A DNA stretch of 64,000 nt from Polyangiales bacterium (GCA_964202905.1 CAXNJO010000004.1:160001-224000); one strand, 5' to 3'; positions 31,847-42,218 are shown, counted from the stretch's first letter. Notes: generated from the sequence alone by a model not told the origin. Program-made: numbers and translations.

Positions 31847-33153
31847 CACGACCCCCTGACGCCGATCCCGTCGTACGTGAAGCCCAGCGCGCGGAGCCCG
31901 TAGCCGGACCAGATGTTGCGACCGTCGATGAGGAGGGGACGACGCAGCGCTGCCTTGAGCTGAGCGAAATCGGGGTTTTGGTACTGGCGCCACTCGGTGA
32001 CGAGCACGAGCGCATCGGCCCCTTGGGCAGCGGCGTAGTGGTCGTCCGCGAGCTCGATGCGGTCACCGTACCGCTCGCGCGCCGGGCCCGCGGCCTCCGG
32101 ATCGTGCGCGGAGACGGTCGCGCCCGCCTCGAGGAGGGCGTCGATCAGCGCGAGGCTCGGCGACTCGCGGATGTCGTCCGTGCGCGGCTTGAACGCGATG
32201 CCCCACACGGCGACGCGCTGGCCGCGGAGGTCGCCGAGATGCGCCCGCAGTTTCTGGAAGAGCACGGTCTTCTGCCGCCGGTTCACCTTGTCGGTGACGT
32301 CGGCGAGTTCGAGCTCCACGCCATGCTCGCGCGCCGTGTGCACCAGCGCAGTCACGTCCTTCGGGAAGCAGGAGCCCCCGTAGCCGGGGCCGCTGTAGAG
32401 GAACTTGCCGCCGATCCGCGCGTCGCTGCCGACGCCGATGCGCACGCTGTGCACGTCCGCGCCGACCTTGTCGCAGAGACCCGCGATCTCGTTCATGAAC
32501 GAGATGCGCATCGCGAGCATCGTGTTCGCGACGTACTTCGTGAGTTCGGCGCTCGTGGGGTCCATCCACACGAGGCGATCGCGGTCGAGGCAGAGCGGAT
32601 GGTAGAGGCGCGCCATGATGTCGCGCGCGAAGGTGTCGTCGGCGTCGACGCCGACCACGATGCGGTCCGGCCGGAGGAAGTCGTTGACCGCGTCGCCCTC
32701 CTTGAGGAACTCGGGGTTGGAGACGACGTGCACCTTGTGCCGCGCCCCGGCGACGATCGCCTTGAGCCGGGCGTTGGTGCCGACGGGGACGGTGCTCTTC
32801 GCGACGAGGACGACCTCGCGCTCCGCGCGCTCCGCGACGAGCCGCGCGACGGCCTCGACCGCGCTGAGGTCGGCGCCGCCATCCGGGCGCGGCGGGGTGC
32901 CCACGCCGATGAAGATGACGTGCGCGGAGGCGATCGCGGCGCCGACGTCCGAGGAGAACGTGAGCCGCTTTCCCTTCACGTTCCGCGCGACGAGGTCCTC
33001 GAGACCGGGCTCGAAGATCGGGATCTCCCCGGCCCGGAGCCGCTCGATCTTGTTCGCGTCGATGTCGGCGCAGACGACCTCGTTGCCCGTCTCGGCGAAG
33101 CCCGGACCCGATACGAGCCCGACGTAGCCAGACCCCACCATGCAGATGCGCAT
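31846..33153 (-). CDS. ugd: UDP-glucose 6-dehydrogenase
   Basis: [36 protein letters not shown]. Confidence 0.95.
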   Translation of the reverse strand: MRICMVGSGYVGLVSGPGFAETGNEVVCADIDANKIERLRAGEIPIFEPGLEDLVARNVKGKRLTFSSDVGAAIASAHVIFIGVGTPPRPDGGADLSAVEAVARLVAERAEREVVLVAKSTVPVGTNARLKAIVAGARHKVHVVSNPEFLKEGDAVNDFLRPDRIVVGVDADDTFARDIMARLYHPLCLDRDRLVWMDPTSAELTKYVANTMLAMRISFMNEIAGLCDKVGADVHSVRIGVGSDARIGGKFLYSGPGYGGSCFPKDVTALVHTAREHGVELELADVTDKVNRRQKTVLFQKLRAHLGDLRGQRVAVWGIAFKPRTDDIRESPSLALIDALLEAGATVSAHDPEAAGPARERYGDRIELADDHYAAAQGADALVLVTEWRQYQNPDFAQLKAALRRPLLIDGRNIWSGYGLRALGFTYDGIGVRGS

Positions 33154-33315
33154 CGACGTTCCCTCGTTGCTCGACGCCCGCGACCCGGCGCGCGGCCGGA
33201 GGCGTAGCGATGTTTGACGCTCGCGGCAACGGATGCGCGCCACCCGCCGACCCACGTCGCGCATCCCGCCTCGGACGCGTCGACCCCCGCGTCGGCGCCT
33301 GCGGCGCCGCTCAGT

Positions 33316-34095
33316 TCAGCCCGCGCCCACCCATTTGCACATGACGACGGTGACGTTGTCAGGTCCGCCGTTCGCGTTCGCGCGCTCGATGAGCCGGCTG
33401 CATGCGGCCCGGAGCTCAGGGGTCGTGCGGAGGACTTCGGCGATCTCCTCGTCGGAGACCGGACCGCTCAGCCCATCTGAACAAAGCATGTAGATGTCGC
33501 CGGGCCTCGGCGGGTCGACGATGGTGTCGACCTTCACCGAGTCCTTCATCCCGAGGGCCCGAACGATCACGTTCTTGTGCGGGAAGTTGGCGATCTCCTC
33601 TTCGGAGAGGCGCTTCATCTTGATGTAGTCGTTGAGCAGCGAGTGATCCTCGGTCAGCTGCTCGAGCTTGCCGTCACGCCAGCGGTACACGCGGCTGTCG
33701 CCGACGTGGCCGACGAGCACGCCGTCGTCGACGACGAGCATCGCCACGAGCGTGGTGCCCATCCCGCGCTGCTTGGCGTCGCGCTGGGCGCTCTCGAAGA
33801 TGCGCAGGTTCGCGAGTTTGACGCCCGTGATCAGGCGGTTTTCCTCGTAGCCTCGCGCTTTGTCCATCTTGTAGGGCCAGGTGCCCTCCGGATCGGCGCT
33901 CGTCGCTCGGAAGAAGTCGCGCAGGGTGTCGATCGCCATCTGGCTCGCCACCTCGCCGGACGCATGTCCGCCCATCCCGTCGGCCACGACGTACAGCTTC
34001 TCATCCTCGAGGACGGCGAAGTTGTCCTCGTTGTGGTTACGCTTCATGCCGACGTTGGTTTCGCCGGCTGCGAGGACACGCGCGTTCGAGCTCAC
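33316..34095 (-). CDS. PP2C-type Ser/Thr phosphatase (Stp1 family)
   Basis: RNHNED, VADGMGGH, HVGDSR, CSDGL, GGPDNVT. Confidence 0.95.
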   Translation of the reverse strand: MSSNARVLAAGETNVGMKRNHNEDNFAVLEDEKLYVVADGMGGHASGEVASQMAIDTLRDFFRATSADPEGTWPYKMDKARGYEENRLITGVKLANLRIFESAQRDAKQRGMGTTLVAMLVVDDGVLVGHVGDSRVYRWRDGKLEQLTEDHSLLNDYIKMKRLSEEEIANFPHKNVIVRALGMKDSVKVDTIVDPPRPGDIYMLCSDGLSGPVSDEEIAEVLRTTPELRAACSRLIERANANGGPDNVTVVMCKWVGAG

Positions 34096-34153
34096 GGCCG
34101 AAAAACCTCCAGAATCACGGGGCCCTCAAGCTACCCCGGCGCACGGGCGTTCG

Positions 34154-35149
34154 TCAAACGCCGCGAGCGGGGACGTCGATCACGCGCACGCGGGGACCGA
34201 CGCGCAGGCGCAGCGGGCCGTTCACCTCGATGAGGTCGCCGTCCACCATCGCGCGGACGGCCGCGCCGGGCTGCGTCGGCCTGATCGTCGCGTCCCGCAC
34301 GAGCGCGTCGGCCGCAAGACCTGCGGGCAACGGTCGCCCTCGGTGGATCCGGGGAAGCATCCGGAGCGCCTGCGTCGCGCTCGCCCCGAGCGCGAGCAGG
34401 TGAAAGGCGTCGGCGCGCTCGAACGCTCGGCAAAAAGGGCGAAAACCGAGTCCCACCTGATCGACGGTGCCGGCCGCGACGGTGAGGTAGGGGCCGCTCC
34501 CCCAGGGCGTACCGTCCACGTCGAGCTCGAGCGACTCCCGCGCGACGAGGCGCGCGGCGAGCGGGCCGCGCACGACGATCGACCCCGCGATGCGCGCGAG
34601 CGTTCGGGCAGCGGTCCCCGGTGAGGGGTCGGGGCCGGCGGCGTAGTACTCGTCGAGGAAGCTGCGAAACACGCCCGTCCCGAACAGGAAGCCGAGGCGG
34701 CCGGCGACGTCGATCGTGGCGCGCTCGTGGAACGAGAGCGCCTCACCGTCGCGGGCAGCACGGACGAGGCGGCGGAGCAGCACGTCCGGGGCGAGACGCG
34801 GCACGCCGAGCGCATCGGCCACGGTGTTCATGGTCCCGGCGCGCAAGAGCGCGAGCGCCGGAAGCGCCTGCTCGCCGTAGGCCCGCGCGAAGCCGGTGAG
34901 CGTCACGGTGTTGCTCCCGTCGCCGCCCGCCACGGCCAGCACCGCGATGCGGGCTTCGCGGAATTCGAGGGCGATATCGTTGAGTTCCGCGAGGTCGCGG
35001 GCCTCGCGCACGAGCGCGTGCGTGCCCGCGGCCGCCCGCAGGCGCGCGAGGACCTGCGGATCGCGCCGCAGCGAGCGGGCCCGGGGGTTCACGACGACGC
35101 CGAGGGTCGGGCGCGTGGGGTCGAGCGTGATCGACGCGGCGTCGGGCAT
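34154..35149 (-). CDS. Diacylglycerol/lipid kinase family protein
   Basis: VVNPRA, AGGDGS, LRAGTMN, MVDGD. Confidence 0.85.
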   Translation of the reverse strand: MPDAASITLDPTRPTLGVVVNPRARSLRRDPQVLARLRAAAGTHALVREARDLAELNDIALEFREARIAVLAVAGGDGSNTVTLTGFARAYGEQALPALALLRAGTMNTVADALGVPRLAPDVLLRRLVRAARDGEALSFHERATIDVAGRLGFLFGTGVFRSFLDEYYAAGPDPSPGTAARTLARIAGSIVVRGPLAARLVARESLELDVDGTPWGSGPYLTVAAGTVDQVGLGFRPFCRAFERADAFHLLALGASATQALRMLPRIHRGRPLPAGLAADALVRDATIRPTQPGAAVRAMVDGDLIEVNGPLRLRVGPRVRVIDVPARGV

Positions 35150-35222
35150 CGGCAGGCGGCGGACCCTATCACCGGCGCGCCGAAGTGTTGACCCTCCCCG
35201 CAGGGACGCGTAGCCATGCTCC

Positions 35223-36200
35223 ATGCGCGCGATGCTGTTCGCGGCGGGGCTGGGGACCCGACTGCGCCCGCTCACCGACGAGCGACCGAAGCCGACGGTA
35301 CCCGTCGCCAACCGGCCGCTCGCCGCGCTCGCGCTCGCGCACCTCGCGCACGCCGGCGTGCGGCGCGTCGTCGTCAACACCCACCACCTCGGTGCGGAAC
35401 TTCCCGGCCTGCTCGCGCCGCACACGCCGCCGGGGCTCGACGTCCGATACGTCCACGAGGCACGCCTGCTCGGGACGGGCGGCGGACTGCGGCACGCGGC
35501 ACGGGCGCTCCTCGTGGGCGCCGACGACGACGAACTCGTCGTGGTGATGAACGGGGACGTCGTGTTCGCGCCCGATCTGGCGCGCGCCATCGCGCACCAC
35601 CGCGCGATCGACGCGATCGCGACGATGATCGTGCGCGCGACGCCGGGCAGCGACGGACATGGCGCCGTCGAGATCGACGTGCGCAGCGGACGCGTCGGGC
35701 GTCTCCACCAGCGACCGGTGGCGGCGCCGCCCGGCCTCGTGCCGGTGACCTTCACCGGGGTGCACGTGTTGTCGCGGCGGGCGTTCGCGGATCTGCCGGA
35801 AGAGGGCTGCATCGCGCGCGCCGCGTACCGCCGCTGGATCGACACGGGCGAGCGCGTGGGCGCGGTGCTCGACGAGTCCCCGTGGCGTGATCTCGGCACG
35901 CTGCGGGAGTACCTGGACGGCAATCTCGACCTCGCGTCGGGCGCCCTGCGCTCCCCCTATGTGGGGGTGGGGGCGGCGGGCTCCCTCATCGCCGCGGGGG
36001 TGCGCATCCACGCGAGCGCGTCCCTCCAGCGCTGCGTCGTCGGCGCGGGGGCCGTCGTCGGACCAGGCGTCCGGCTCGAGGGCGTGGTCGTCTGGGACGG
36101 AGCCTGCGTGATGCGCGACGCGCGGGACGCCGTCGTCACGCCGCGCGGCGTCGTGGACCTCGCGGACGCCGGGCTTGCGGCGGCGGCCTCGAGCGGCTAG
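35223..36200 (+). CDS. NDP-sugar pyrophosphorylase (mannose-1-P guanylyltransferase / MurU-like)
   Basis: AAGLGTRLRPLT...PKP, LLGTGGG, NGD, WRDLGT, and a C-terminal hexapeptide-like region. Confidence 0.88.
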   Translation: MRAMLFAAGLGTRLRPLTDERPKPTVPVANRPLAALALAHLAHAGVRRVVVNTHHLGAELPGLLAPHTPPGLDVRYVHEARLLGTGGGLRHAARALLVGADDDELVVVMNGDVVFAPDLARAIAHHRAIDAIATMIVRATPGSDGHGAVEIDVRSGRVGRLHQRPVAAPPGLVPVTFTGVHVLSRRAFADLPEEGCIARAAYRRWIDTGERVGAVLDESPWRDLGTLREYLDGNLDLASGALRSPYVGVGAAGSLIAAGVRIHASASLQRCVVGAGAVVGPGVRLEGVVVWDGACVMRDARDAVVTPRGVVDLADAGLAAAASSG

Positions 36201-36209
36201 CGAACCGGG

Positions 36210-36926
36210 ATGTCCGACGACACGGAGGCGCTGCGGCGCGCGCTGGTCGCCTACGCCGAGTGGGAGACCTTGATCGGTGGAGATGGCTGGCCCGCCGTCG
36301 ACCCGGCGTCGCGCACGCTCCGCTCGGCGGCACGGCTCGGGGCACCGGACGCCGAAGTGCCCGCGGACCGGCGCAAGACGCTCCTCGCGCTCGCGGAACA
36401 AGCGGCCTCCTGCACACGTTGCGCGCTTCACGCGGGCCGCGGATCGAGCGTGTTCGCGCGCGGCGACGAGGGCGCACGGGTCGTGTTCGTCGGGCCCGCG
36501 CCCGGCCGCGCCGAGGAGGCGAGCGGCGCGCCGATCGCCGGCGAAGCCGGCGCGCTGCTCGATCGGATGATCACGGCGATGGGCCTCACGCCCGAGTCCG
36601 TGTACATCTGCAGCGTCGTGAAGTGCGCGCTGCCCGATCCGCATGCGCTCGTCGCGGAGGCCCGCGAGGCGTGCGCTCCGTTTCTCGCGGCGCAGCTCGA
36701 GGCCGTCGGACCCGAGGTGATCGTGGCCCTCGGCGAGGACGCGGCCCAAGCGCTCGGGGACGCGAGCGCCGGACCGGGCGCGTGGCGCGGTGCGTGGACG
36801 GAATGGCGCGGGATCCCCGTCATGGCGACGCACGCGCCAAGCGAGGTCATCGAGACGCCCGCGTTGCGGCGCCCTGTCTGGGACGACCTGCAGGCGGTCA
36901 TGGCGCACCTCGGCCTGCGTCGGTAG
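36210..36926 (+). CDS. Family-4 uracil-DNA glycosylase-like protein with degenerate active site
   Basis: CTRCALH, VVKC and EAC Fe-S ligands, IVALG. Motif A reads GPAPG and motif B reads THAPS. Confidence 0.75.
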   Translation: MSDDTEALRRALVAYAEWETLIGGDGWPAVDPASRTLRSAARLGAPDAEVPADRRKTLLALAEQAASCTRCALHAGRGSSVFARGDEGARVVFVGPAPGRAEEASGAPIAGEAGALLDRMITAMGLTPESVYICSVVKCALPDPHALVAEAREACAPFLAAQLEAVGPEVIVALGEDAAQALGDASAGPGAWRGAWTEWRGIPVMATHAPSEVIETPALRRPVWDDLQAVMAHLGLRR

Positions 36927-36959
36927 CCAAATCGCGGACGCGGACGCACAGTCCCCGCG

Positions 36960-38534
36960 ATGCCGCGCGCGACCGACGACGACGACCTGCTGCCCGGACT
37001 TCCGCCTCCCGATGGCGACGACGAAGAGAGCGCACCCCTCGCCGGTCTCGACGAGCCGGACGAGCCGGACGGCGACGAATCCGTGGGCCTCGACACGACG
37101 GTCGGCGTCGACGCGGACGACGACGGACTCGACGTGGATCCCGACGAGTCTGCGACCTGGACGGCGGACGGTGACGACACGCCGGAACTCGACGATGGCG
37201 GTGAGGACTTCGGCGAGGAGGAGAGCGGCTGGACGGACGACGCGGGCACGGCCGTCGACGACGACGACGCGCTCTCCGGGGACGACGAGCCCGAGTTGGC
37301 CCCCTTGTCGGCAGACCGCGGCGAGGAGGGCGTGGATGAGCCGCCCGCCCGCAACGCGGACGACGACGACGACGCGGGCGACGACCTGCCGCCGAACGAT
37401 CGGCGCGACGCGGCCGAGGACGACGCCGACGATCTCGACCTCGCCGAGGAGGGGGAAGCCGGGCTCGACGAAGGCGTCGCGCCCGAGCACGGCGACCCGC
37501 TCCCGTCGCCGGGCTTCGACCCCGAGTCGGGGGACGTGCGCGTCACCCTCCATCACCTCGGTCCCGCGGATGACGCGCTGACGTGCGTCGTCGTGCGCGG
37601 CGAAGAGGTGCTGGCGGGGGGAACCGCGGGTTTGTATCACGCACGACTCGGCACCTCGCTGGCGTTGCGAATCGTCGATCCGGACGGAGAAGGGGTGACC
37701 TCACTCGCTCTCGAACAGGACGGTGCGGGGCGTATCGCAGTCGGTACACGGCTCGCGGGGGTGCGGATCTCGCGAGATGGCGGAATCACTTTTGAGCCCG
37801 CCAACGGTTGGCAGCGGCGATCGGGGGATGTCGAGGTCGCGCTTTACGTGGCCGGCGAAGCGCACCCCGACGGCACCCGCCTCTGGGCGCGGACGCGCTC
37901 GGGGGCGCTCTATCGGAGCGAGGCTTTCGGGGACGACTGGGTGGGGCCGCTCCTGCTCGGCGGGGCCCGCGGTATCGCTGTCGATACAGGCGGGGGAGGG
38001 GTGCTCGCGCTCACCACGGCCCGCGGTACAGCGCAGCTCGCGCGCTCCACGGATGGCGGCGCGCGCTGGATCATGCGTGATGCGCCCCCGGATCCGGCAG
38101 GCGCCGGTGGCGTCGGGGAGACGCCTTCACTGGCCGTGCTCGGGACGGCGATCACCCTCGCGTACCCCGGGGACCCTGAGGGGCCGCGCCTCTCGATGGA
38201 CGGCGGCGTGACCTGGTCGAGCCTGCCCGAGCTCCGCGGCGCAGGCCCGCTCGCGCTCGCGCAGGAGGACGGCGAGGTCGTTCTCTACGCGGGCGTGTTC
38301 TTCGCGGGCGCCGATCGCGGCGTCGTCGTGCGGCGCGGCGCCGATGGACGCACGACGTTGCTGCTCGAGGTCGCCGCCGAGCGTCGGGCGCGCGTGATCG
38401 AGGCGCTCGGCGATCCGGAGGGCGACAACCGCGTGCTCGCGCTCGACGTGCGCGTGGATGCGTCGGTGACGCGGGTGTTCGCGGCAACGGGCGCGGGTTT
38501 GTTTCGGCTGACGCGCGTCCGGCCGGGACGCTGA
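36960..38534 (+). CDS. Protein with about 190-aa Asp/Glu-rich N-terminus and BNR-repeat propeller
   Basis: Extremely acidic N-terminus; SRDGGITF, STDGGARW, SMDGGVTW; no signal peptide. Confidence 0.7.
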   Translation: MPRATDDDDLLPGLPPPDGDDEESAPLAGLDEPDEPDGDESVGLDTTVGVDADDDGLDVDPDESATWTADGDDTPELDDGGEDFGEEESGWTDDAGTAVDDDDALSGDDEPELAPLSADRGEEGVDEPPARNADDDDDAGDDLPPNDRRDAAEDDADDLDLAEEGEAGLDEGVAPEHGDPLPSPGFDPESGDVRVTLHHLGPADDALTCVVVRGEEVLAGGTAGLYHARLGTSLALRIVDPDGEGVTSLALEQDGAGRIAVGTRLAGVRISRDGGITFEPANGWQRRSGDVEVALYVAGEAHPDGTRLWARTRSGALYRSEAFGDDWVGPLLLGGARGIAVDTGGGGVLALTTARGTAQLARSTDGGARWIMRDAPPDPAGAGGVGETPSLAVLGTAITLAYPGDPEGPRLSMDGGVTWSSLPELRGAGPLALAQEDGEVVLYAGVFFAGADRGVVVRRGADGRTTLLLEVAAERRARVIEALGDPEGDNRVLALDVRVDASVTRVFAATGAGLFRLTRVRPGR

Positions 38535-38547
38535 GGCGCGCGGCACG

Positions 38548-40323
38548 ATGGGGGCACCCGCGAACGAGTGGCTCGACGCGCTCCGCGCAGGCACGGGGGC
38601 GGGCGACGTGCCGCTGCTCCGCCGCGGCCTCGGGCTGGCGGAGGATGCCGGAGACCTCGAGCTCGCCCGCGCGCTCGTCGCGGCCGCGTCGAATGCGGCG
38701 CTCGCGGGGATCGCCTCCGACGGACCGGCGACCGGCAACGTGGCGACGCGCGCGGAGGTCGTGTCGCCGCTCGCGGACGCGTCCTTCCTCGGTCGCCTCG
38801 GGGCGCTCGCGGGCGACCACGAGCGGCACACCGGCGTGCAGGCGATCGCAGACGTCCGCACCTTGGTCGCGGTGATGCACGCGGGCTCACTGCGCGTGCG
38901 CCGCGCGGCCGTGCGACGCCTCGTGCAGCTCGTCGGCGACCACGCGAAAGAGCGGCACGCGGACGAGCGCCGCTTCGTCATCGAGGCGCTCGGGGCGAGT
39001 CGCGACGTCGAGATCGTCTACGAGGTCTCCGAGGCGCTCGCGGCGCTTCCCGGTGCGGCCGGGCGAGCGGAGCGCGCGGCGCGCGAGGCGTTCGGCGCCG
39101 CGGTGGCGTCAGCGGAGCGCATCACGGCGCGTTTCTGGGAAGGCGAGACGCCGGACGACGCGTTCGGGGACCTCACGGGCGACGAGCGTGCGCTGCTCCT
39201 GATGCGCGTGCGCGACCTGCCCGATCCGCTCGTGGACCACTTGTGCGCCGTGATCGAAGGGGCCGACGGGGTCACGTCGATCGAGGCGCGCCGCGCCCTC
39301 GTCGCGGCCCTGCGGCACGCGGGCGATCCGCGCCTCGTTCCATCCCTCGGCGCCGCGCTGGCCGGCACGGACGCGTCGCTCGCGGTCGAGGCGGCGCGCG
39401 CGCTCCGACGCATCGACGACGCACGCGGCCTGCCGCTGCTGCGCATGGCCTTCGAGCGCAGCGTGGCGGAGACGTCGCGCGTCGTGCTCGCGGGCGCCCT
39501 CGGAGAGCACGGAGAGGCGCTCGGCGCGCCCTGGGTGCGCGGCCTCGTCGCCGTCCCGGACGAAGCGAGCCTGCCGGGCGTGCTCGAAGCCCTCGAGACG
39601 CTGGGGCGCCCGGAGGACGTCGAGCGCGTGGTCGTCTGGCTCGGGCACGCCGACGCACGCCTCGTCGCCTCCGCCGTGCGCACCCTCGGCTGTATCGGCG
39701 ACGCGCGCGCGCTCTTGGCGCTCGAGTCGCTCCGCACGCAGCCCGCGCACCTCGCGCTGCGCGCCGAGGTCGATACCGCCCTCGCGGCCGTGCGCGCGCG
39801 AATGGAGCTTCGCGGCGAAGAGGCGCCCCGCGCGGAGGTCTCGCGCGATGCGGCGGAGGCCGCCGCCGCGGCGGCGCGCTCGGCAGCGTCGAGCGACCCA
39901 GCCGTGGTGCGGATGCGGGCCGGCTGGGATGTGTTCGTCGGACACCTTCTCCTCGCGGCGCGGGCGACCGTGCGTGCCGTCGCGCGCTTCGAGGGGGCGG
40001 CCGCACGTCGACCGGGGTGGGCGGTGCCGCTGCTCGCGATCGGCACGACCTACGCAGGCTGCGGGGAGATCGCGCAGGCGATCGCCGCATTCCGCAGGGC
40101 GATCGCCGCCGATAGGGCCGCGATCGAGCGGCGCCCGCTCGCGGTCCGATCGCTCGCGCGCTGCTTCCTGGCACGCGCGGACGAGCTCGAGCGCGATGGC
40201 CGCACCGACATCGCCCGCGGTCTGCTCGCCGAACTCGGCGCCCTCGATCTGCGGCTCGCGGAGTCTTCCATGCGCTTCGAGGTGGGGCGTCGGCACGAGG
40301 CCCTCCGCAGGGAGGCGCCGTGA
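38548..40323 (+). CDS. HEAT-repeat / TPR protein
   Basis: AARALRRIDD, AVRTLGCIGDARAL, and TPR-like AQAIAAFRRAI. Confidence 0.7.
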   Translation: MGAPANEWLDALRAGTGAGDVPLLRRGLGLAEDAGDLELARALVAAASNAALAGIASDGPATGNVATRAEVVSPLADASFLGRLGALAGDHERHTGVQAIADVRTLVAVMHAGSLRVRRAAVRRLVQLVGDHAKERHADERRFVIEALGASRDVEIVYEVSEALAALPGAAGRAERAAREAFGAAVASAERITARFWEGETPDDAFGDLTGDERALLLMRVRDLPDPLVDHLCAVIEGADGVTSIEARRALVAALRHAGDPRLVPSLGAALAGTDASLAVEAARALRRIDDARGLPLLRMAFERSVAETSRVVLAGALGEHGEALGAPWVRGLVAVPDEASLPGVLEALETLGRPEDVERVVVWLGHADARLVASAVRTLGCIGDARALLALESLRTQPAHLALRAEVDTALAAVRARMELRGEEAPRAEVSRDAAEAAAAAARSAASSDPAVVRMRAGWDVFVGHLLLAARATVRAVARFEGAAARRPGWAVPLLAIGTTYAGCGEIAQAIAAFRRAIAADRAAIERRPLAVRSLARCFLARADELERDGRTDIARGLLAELGALDLRLAESSMRFEVGRRHEALRREAP

Positions 40324-41645
40324 GCGCGGACGCGGGACGACCCGCGGTTCGTCGCGTGCTCGTCGAGGCAGGCGAGGGCGTCCGACGCGCGACGCTCGAT
40401 GTCGTCACCGGCGCCGATGACGCTGCGCTCGTCTCGGTCGCCGCTGGCGGCGCGCGCGTCCGCGTCGTGTGCAGCTGCGGGGGCGCGCCGACGTGCGCGC
40501 ACGCGCGCTTCGCGCTCGACTGGCTCGATGCGGACGCCGCGCGCGGACCGTTGGATGCCGCGAACCGGCCTCCCGTCGCGGGCACGGGGGCCGTCGAGAC
40601 GGGGGGCATCCGCGGCCCGGAGACGCAGCGACCTCCCGGGAAGGAGACGCTGCGCCCCCCCGCGGGGCATGCGCGCGCCACCGGTCTCGCCACCGCCCTC
40701 GACGATCTGGTGACCACCGTCGTGCGCGCAGGCGTCGATGCGGCCGCAGGGACGCCTAGCCTCGACGAGGCGATCCGGCGCGTCGTCGCTGCAGCCCCGG
40801 CACCTCTGCCGGCGTCCGTCGGTCGCGTGACGGGGCGGCTCGTCGAGGCCCTCGTGGCCCGTGACGCGGGGTGCGTCGCACGACTTTGTCACGGCCTCGC
40901 AGGCTTCGCCGACGCGCTCCGACGGGGCGACGCTGCGGCCGCCTACGCGTGGCTCGGTGCAGCGGGTGCGGCGGCCCTCGATCCGGCGCTGCGGAGTGCG
41001 CCGGACGCCGAGCCCCACGTTCCGGGAAGCGCGCGCCTCGTCGACGTGCGCCTCGTCGAGGTTGCGCGAGAGTGGGTCTCGACGCTCGACCGTGCGGGCC
41101 TCGAGCGGCGCTACCTCGCGGCACCTTCCACGGGGATGGTGTACCGCGAGGAGCGCGTGCGCGGACAGGCGGCGCCGTCTCTGGGGCCGTGTCCCCGTGT
41201 CCTCGACGTCGCGCTCGCCGAGGTCGAACCAGGGCCGGCACCGCAGCGCGTGCACCTCCTCCAGTACGAGGTCGCGCTGACGGGAGCCCCGGAGACCTTC
41301 ACCCATGTCGTGGAAGAGGGGCTCCGCGGGTTCGCCGGCCTCCGTTCGGCGTTCCGCGCGGCGGTCGCGGCGTCCCCCGCGCTCGCGGAGCCCTTCGTCG
41401 GCGTCCAACCGCGCACCGTCGAGCGCGCCGACGGGCGCGTGTTCCTCGTCGATGGCGACGGCGTGCGGCTCCCGCTCGCCGCCGAGCCTCCTGCGGCTGC
41501 CGATGCGCTGCTTGCCCTCGACGCGGGAGCGCCGCCACGACTCGTCTACGGCCGCCTTCTCACGGAGCGGGGCAGCCTCGCGCTCGCGCCGCTCAGCGCC
41601 ATCGTCGGGCCGCGCGAGCACATGCGGCTGCGCCGGCTCGCGTAG
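40320..41645 (+). CDS. Hypothetical protein with SWIM-like zinc finger
   Basis: CSCGGAPTCAH (CxC...CxH); GTGA overlap with the upstream gene. Confidence 0.6.
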   Translation: MSADAGRPAVRRVLVEAGEGVRRATLDVVTGADDAALVSVAAGGARVRVVCSCGGAPTCAHARFALDWLDADAARGPLDAANRPPVAGTGAVETGGIRGPETQRPPGKETLRPPAGHARATGLATALDDLVTTVVRAGVDAAAGTPSLDEAIRRVVAAAPAPLPASVGRVTGRLVEALVARDAGCVARLCHGLAGFADALRRGDAAAAYAWLGAAGAAALDPALRSAPDAEPHVPGSARLVDVRLVEVAREWVSTLDRAGLERRYLAAPSTGMVYREERVRGQAAPSLGPCPRVLDVALAEVEPGPAPQRVHLLQYEVALTGAPETFTHVVEEGLRGFAGLRSAFRAAVAASPALAEPFVGVQPRTVERADGRVFLVDGDGVRLPLAAEPPAAADALLALDAGAPPRLVYGRLLTERGSLALAPLSAIVGPREHMRLRRLA

Positions 41646-41655
41646 CGCGCGCTTC

Positions 41656-41684
41656 TTGACCCCCGCGGGCCGGTTGGCCACTCT
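41656..41684 (+). promoter_or_regulatory. Putative sigma70 promoter, possibly leaderless
   Basis: TTGACC-17 nt-CACTCT, ending 6 nt before ATG 41691. Confidence 0.4.
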
Positions 41685-41690
41685 GCGCGA

Positions 41691-42098
41691 ATGTCCGATC
41701 GGAAGGTACGCATTCTCGTCGCGAAGCCGGGCCTCGACGGCCACGACCGAGGGGCCAAGGTCGTCGCGCGTGCGCTCCGCGACGCGGGCTTCGAGGTCAT
41801 CTACACGGGCTTGCACCAGACCCCGGAGATGATCGCCGCCGCCGCCGTCCAGGAGGACGTCGACGCGGTCGGCCTGTCGATCATGTCGGGCGCGCACAAC
41901 ACGCTTTTCCCGGCGGTCGTCGATGCGCTCCGCGCGCGCGGGGCCAACGACGTCGTCGTCTTCGGCGGCGGGATCATCCCGGACGAGGACTTCCCCCGCC
42001 TCGAGCAGGCCGGTGTCACCGGGATCTTCACGCCCGGTACGCCGCTCGCGGACATCGTGCGCTGGGTCGGTGAGCGCGTGCCGACGCGGGCGATCTGA
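41691..42098 (+). CDS. Cobalamin-binding subunit of methylmalonyl-CoA mutase family
   Basis: [28 protein letters not shown]. Confidence 0.95.
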   Translation: MSDRKVRILVAKPGLDGHDRGAKVVARALRDAGFEVIYTGLHQTPEMIAAAAVQEDVDAVGLSIMSGAHNTLFPAVVDALRARGANDVVVFGGGIIPDEDFPRLEQAGVTGIFTPGTPLADIVRWVGERVPTRAI

Positions 42099-42218
42099 CC
42101 CCCGGGCCCCGGCGCCTCGCGCGACCTGAGACGCGCGGACGCAGGTCGGTCGCGTGAGCGAGCACCGCGGCGCCGCGAACCGCTTGACGGACGGCCGCGC
42201 GGCTGAGAAACCCCGCGG

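Noticed and set aside
36960..37520. GACGAC-rich stretch as a DNA repeat or CRISPR array
   Set aside because: It reflects Asp/Glu codons in a coding region, with no repeat-spacer periodicity.
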